DNA from: Capsulimonadaceae bacterium
Lineage (GTDB): Bacteria > Armatimonadota > Armatimonadia > Armatimonadales > Capsulimonadaceae
DNA: 64,000 nucleotides
Assembly (NCBI GenBank): GCA_031292625.1
Contig: JARLGU010000058.1
Span: forward strand, 8,903-72,902
Direction of reading: 5' to 3'
The notes under the pieces were generated by a model that saw only the letters and a program-made list of their open reading frames with translations, was not told the origin of the DNA and did no database searches. Shown here in pieces: positions 63,858 through 64,000 of this stretch (positions are counted from its first letter, which is position 1; every line of letters begins with the position of its first letter). Both the position numbers and the translations under genes were made by a program.

Positions 63858-64000
63858 ATGACAATCAGCCGACGGCAAGCTATTGCAGACACATTGCGCG
63901 AGGAGATCGCATCCGGCCTCTATCCGCCGCACGAGCCGTTGCCTGGCGAGCACGCGCTATGCGCCCGCTTCGGCGTAACGCGCGCCACCCTGCGGCTTGC
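63858..64000 (+). CDS. GntR family transcriptional regulator (5' part, runs off the right edge)
   Basis: My translation: MTISRRQAIADTLREEIASGLYPPHEPLPGEHALCARFGVTRATLRL, a typical GntR wHTH start. Not in the ORF track because there is no stop in the window. Confidence 0.7.
   Translation, partial: MTISRRQAIADTLREEIASGLYPPHEPLPGEHALCARFGVTRATLRL

Overview
High-GC (roughly 60% by eye) bacterial chromosomal window, densely coding on both strands. The pilin-like proteins with N-termini such as [32 protein letters not shown] and the QDYDE motif resemble Armatimonadota-type genomes (tentative, from memory only). Housekeeping DNA genes lie at the edges: ruvB (partial), ruvC, an SOS-box-preceded dnaE2-like gene directly followed by dnaE, and a UDG-family gene. 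The centre is accessory carbohydrate territory. It holds five paralogous cassettes of regulator (LacI or AraR-like GntR/LacI chimera), then a prepilin-type H-X9-DG (DUF1559-like) protein, then in three cases a large secreted glycosidase or CBM protein. Other notable content: (1) an operon encoding a DarT/DUF4433-like ADP-ribosyltransferase-fold protein, a tandem-domain PTPS, GTP cyclohydrolase I and an MFS transporter, with no DarG-like partner; (2) a lower-GC truncated polyvalent protein of phage or conjugative-element type, with an internal domain duplication, abutting tRNA-Ser(GGA); (3) a diverged 222-bp repeat pair in inverted orientation inside the long non-coding regions upstream of ruvB and dnaE; (4) an acyl-ACP-reductase (AAR) homologue convergent with a LuxC/LuxE-like pair; (5) many 4-nt ATGA/GTGA start/stop overlaps and at least two apparently leaderless promoters. 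No rRNA, CRISPR array, intact transposase or integrase was seen. Many long ORFs in the track are antisense or shadow ORFs typical of high-GC DNA and were rejected.
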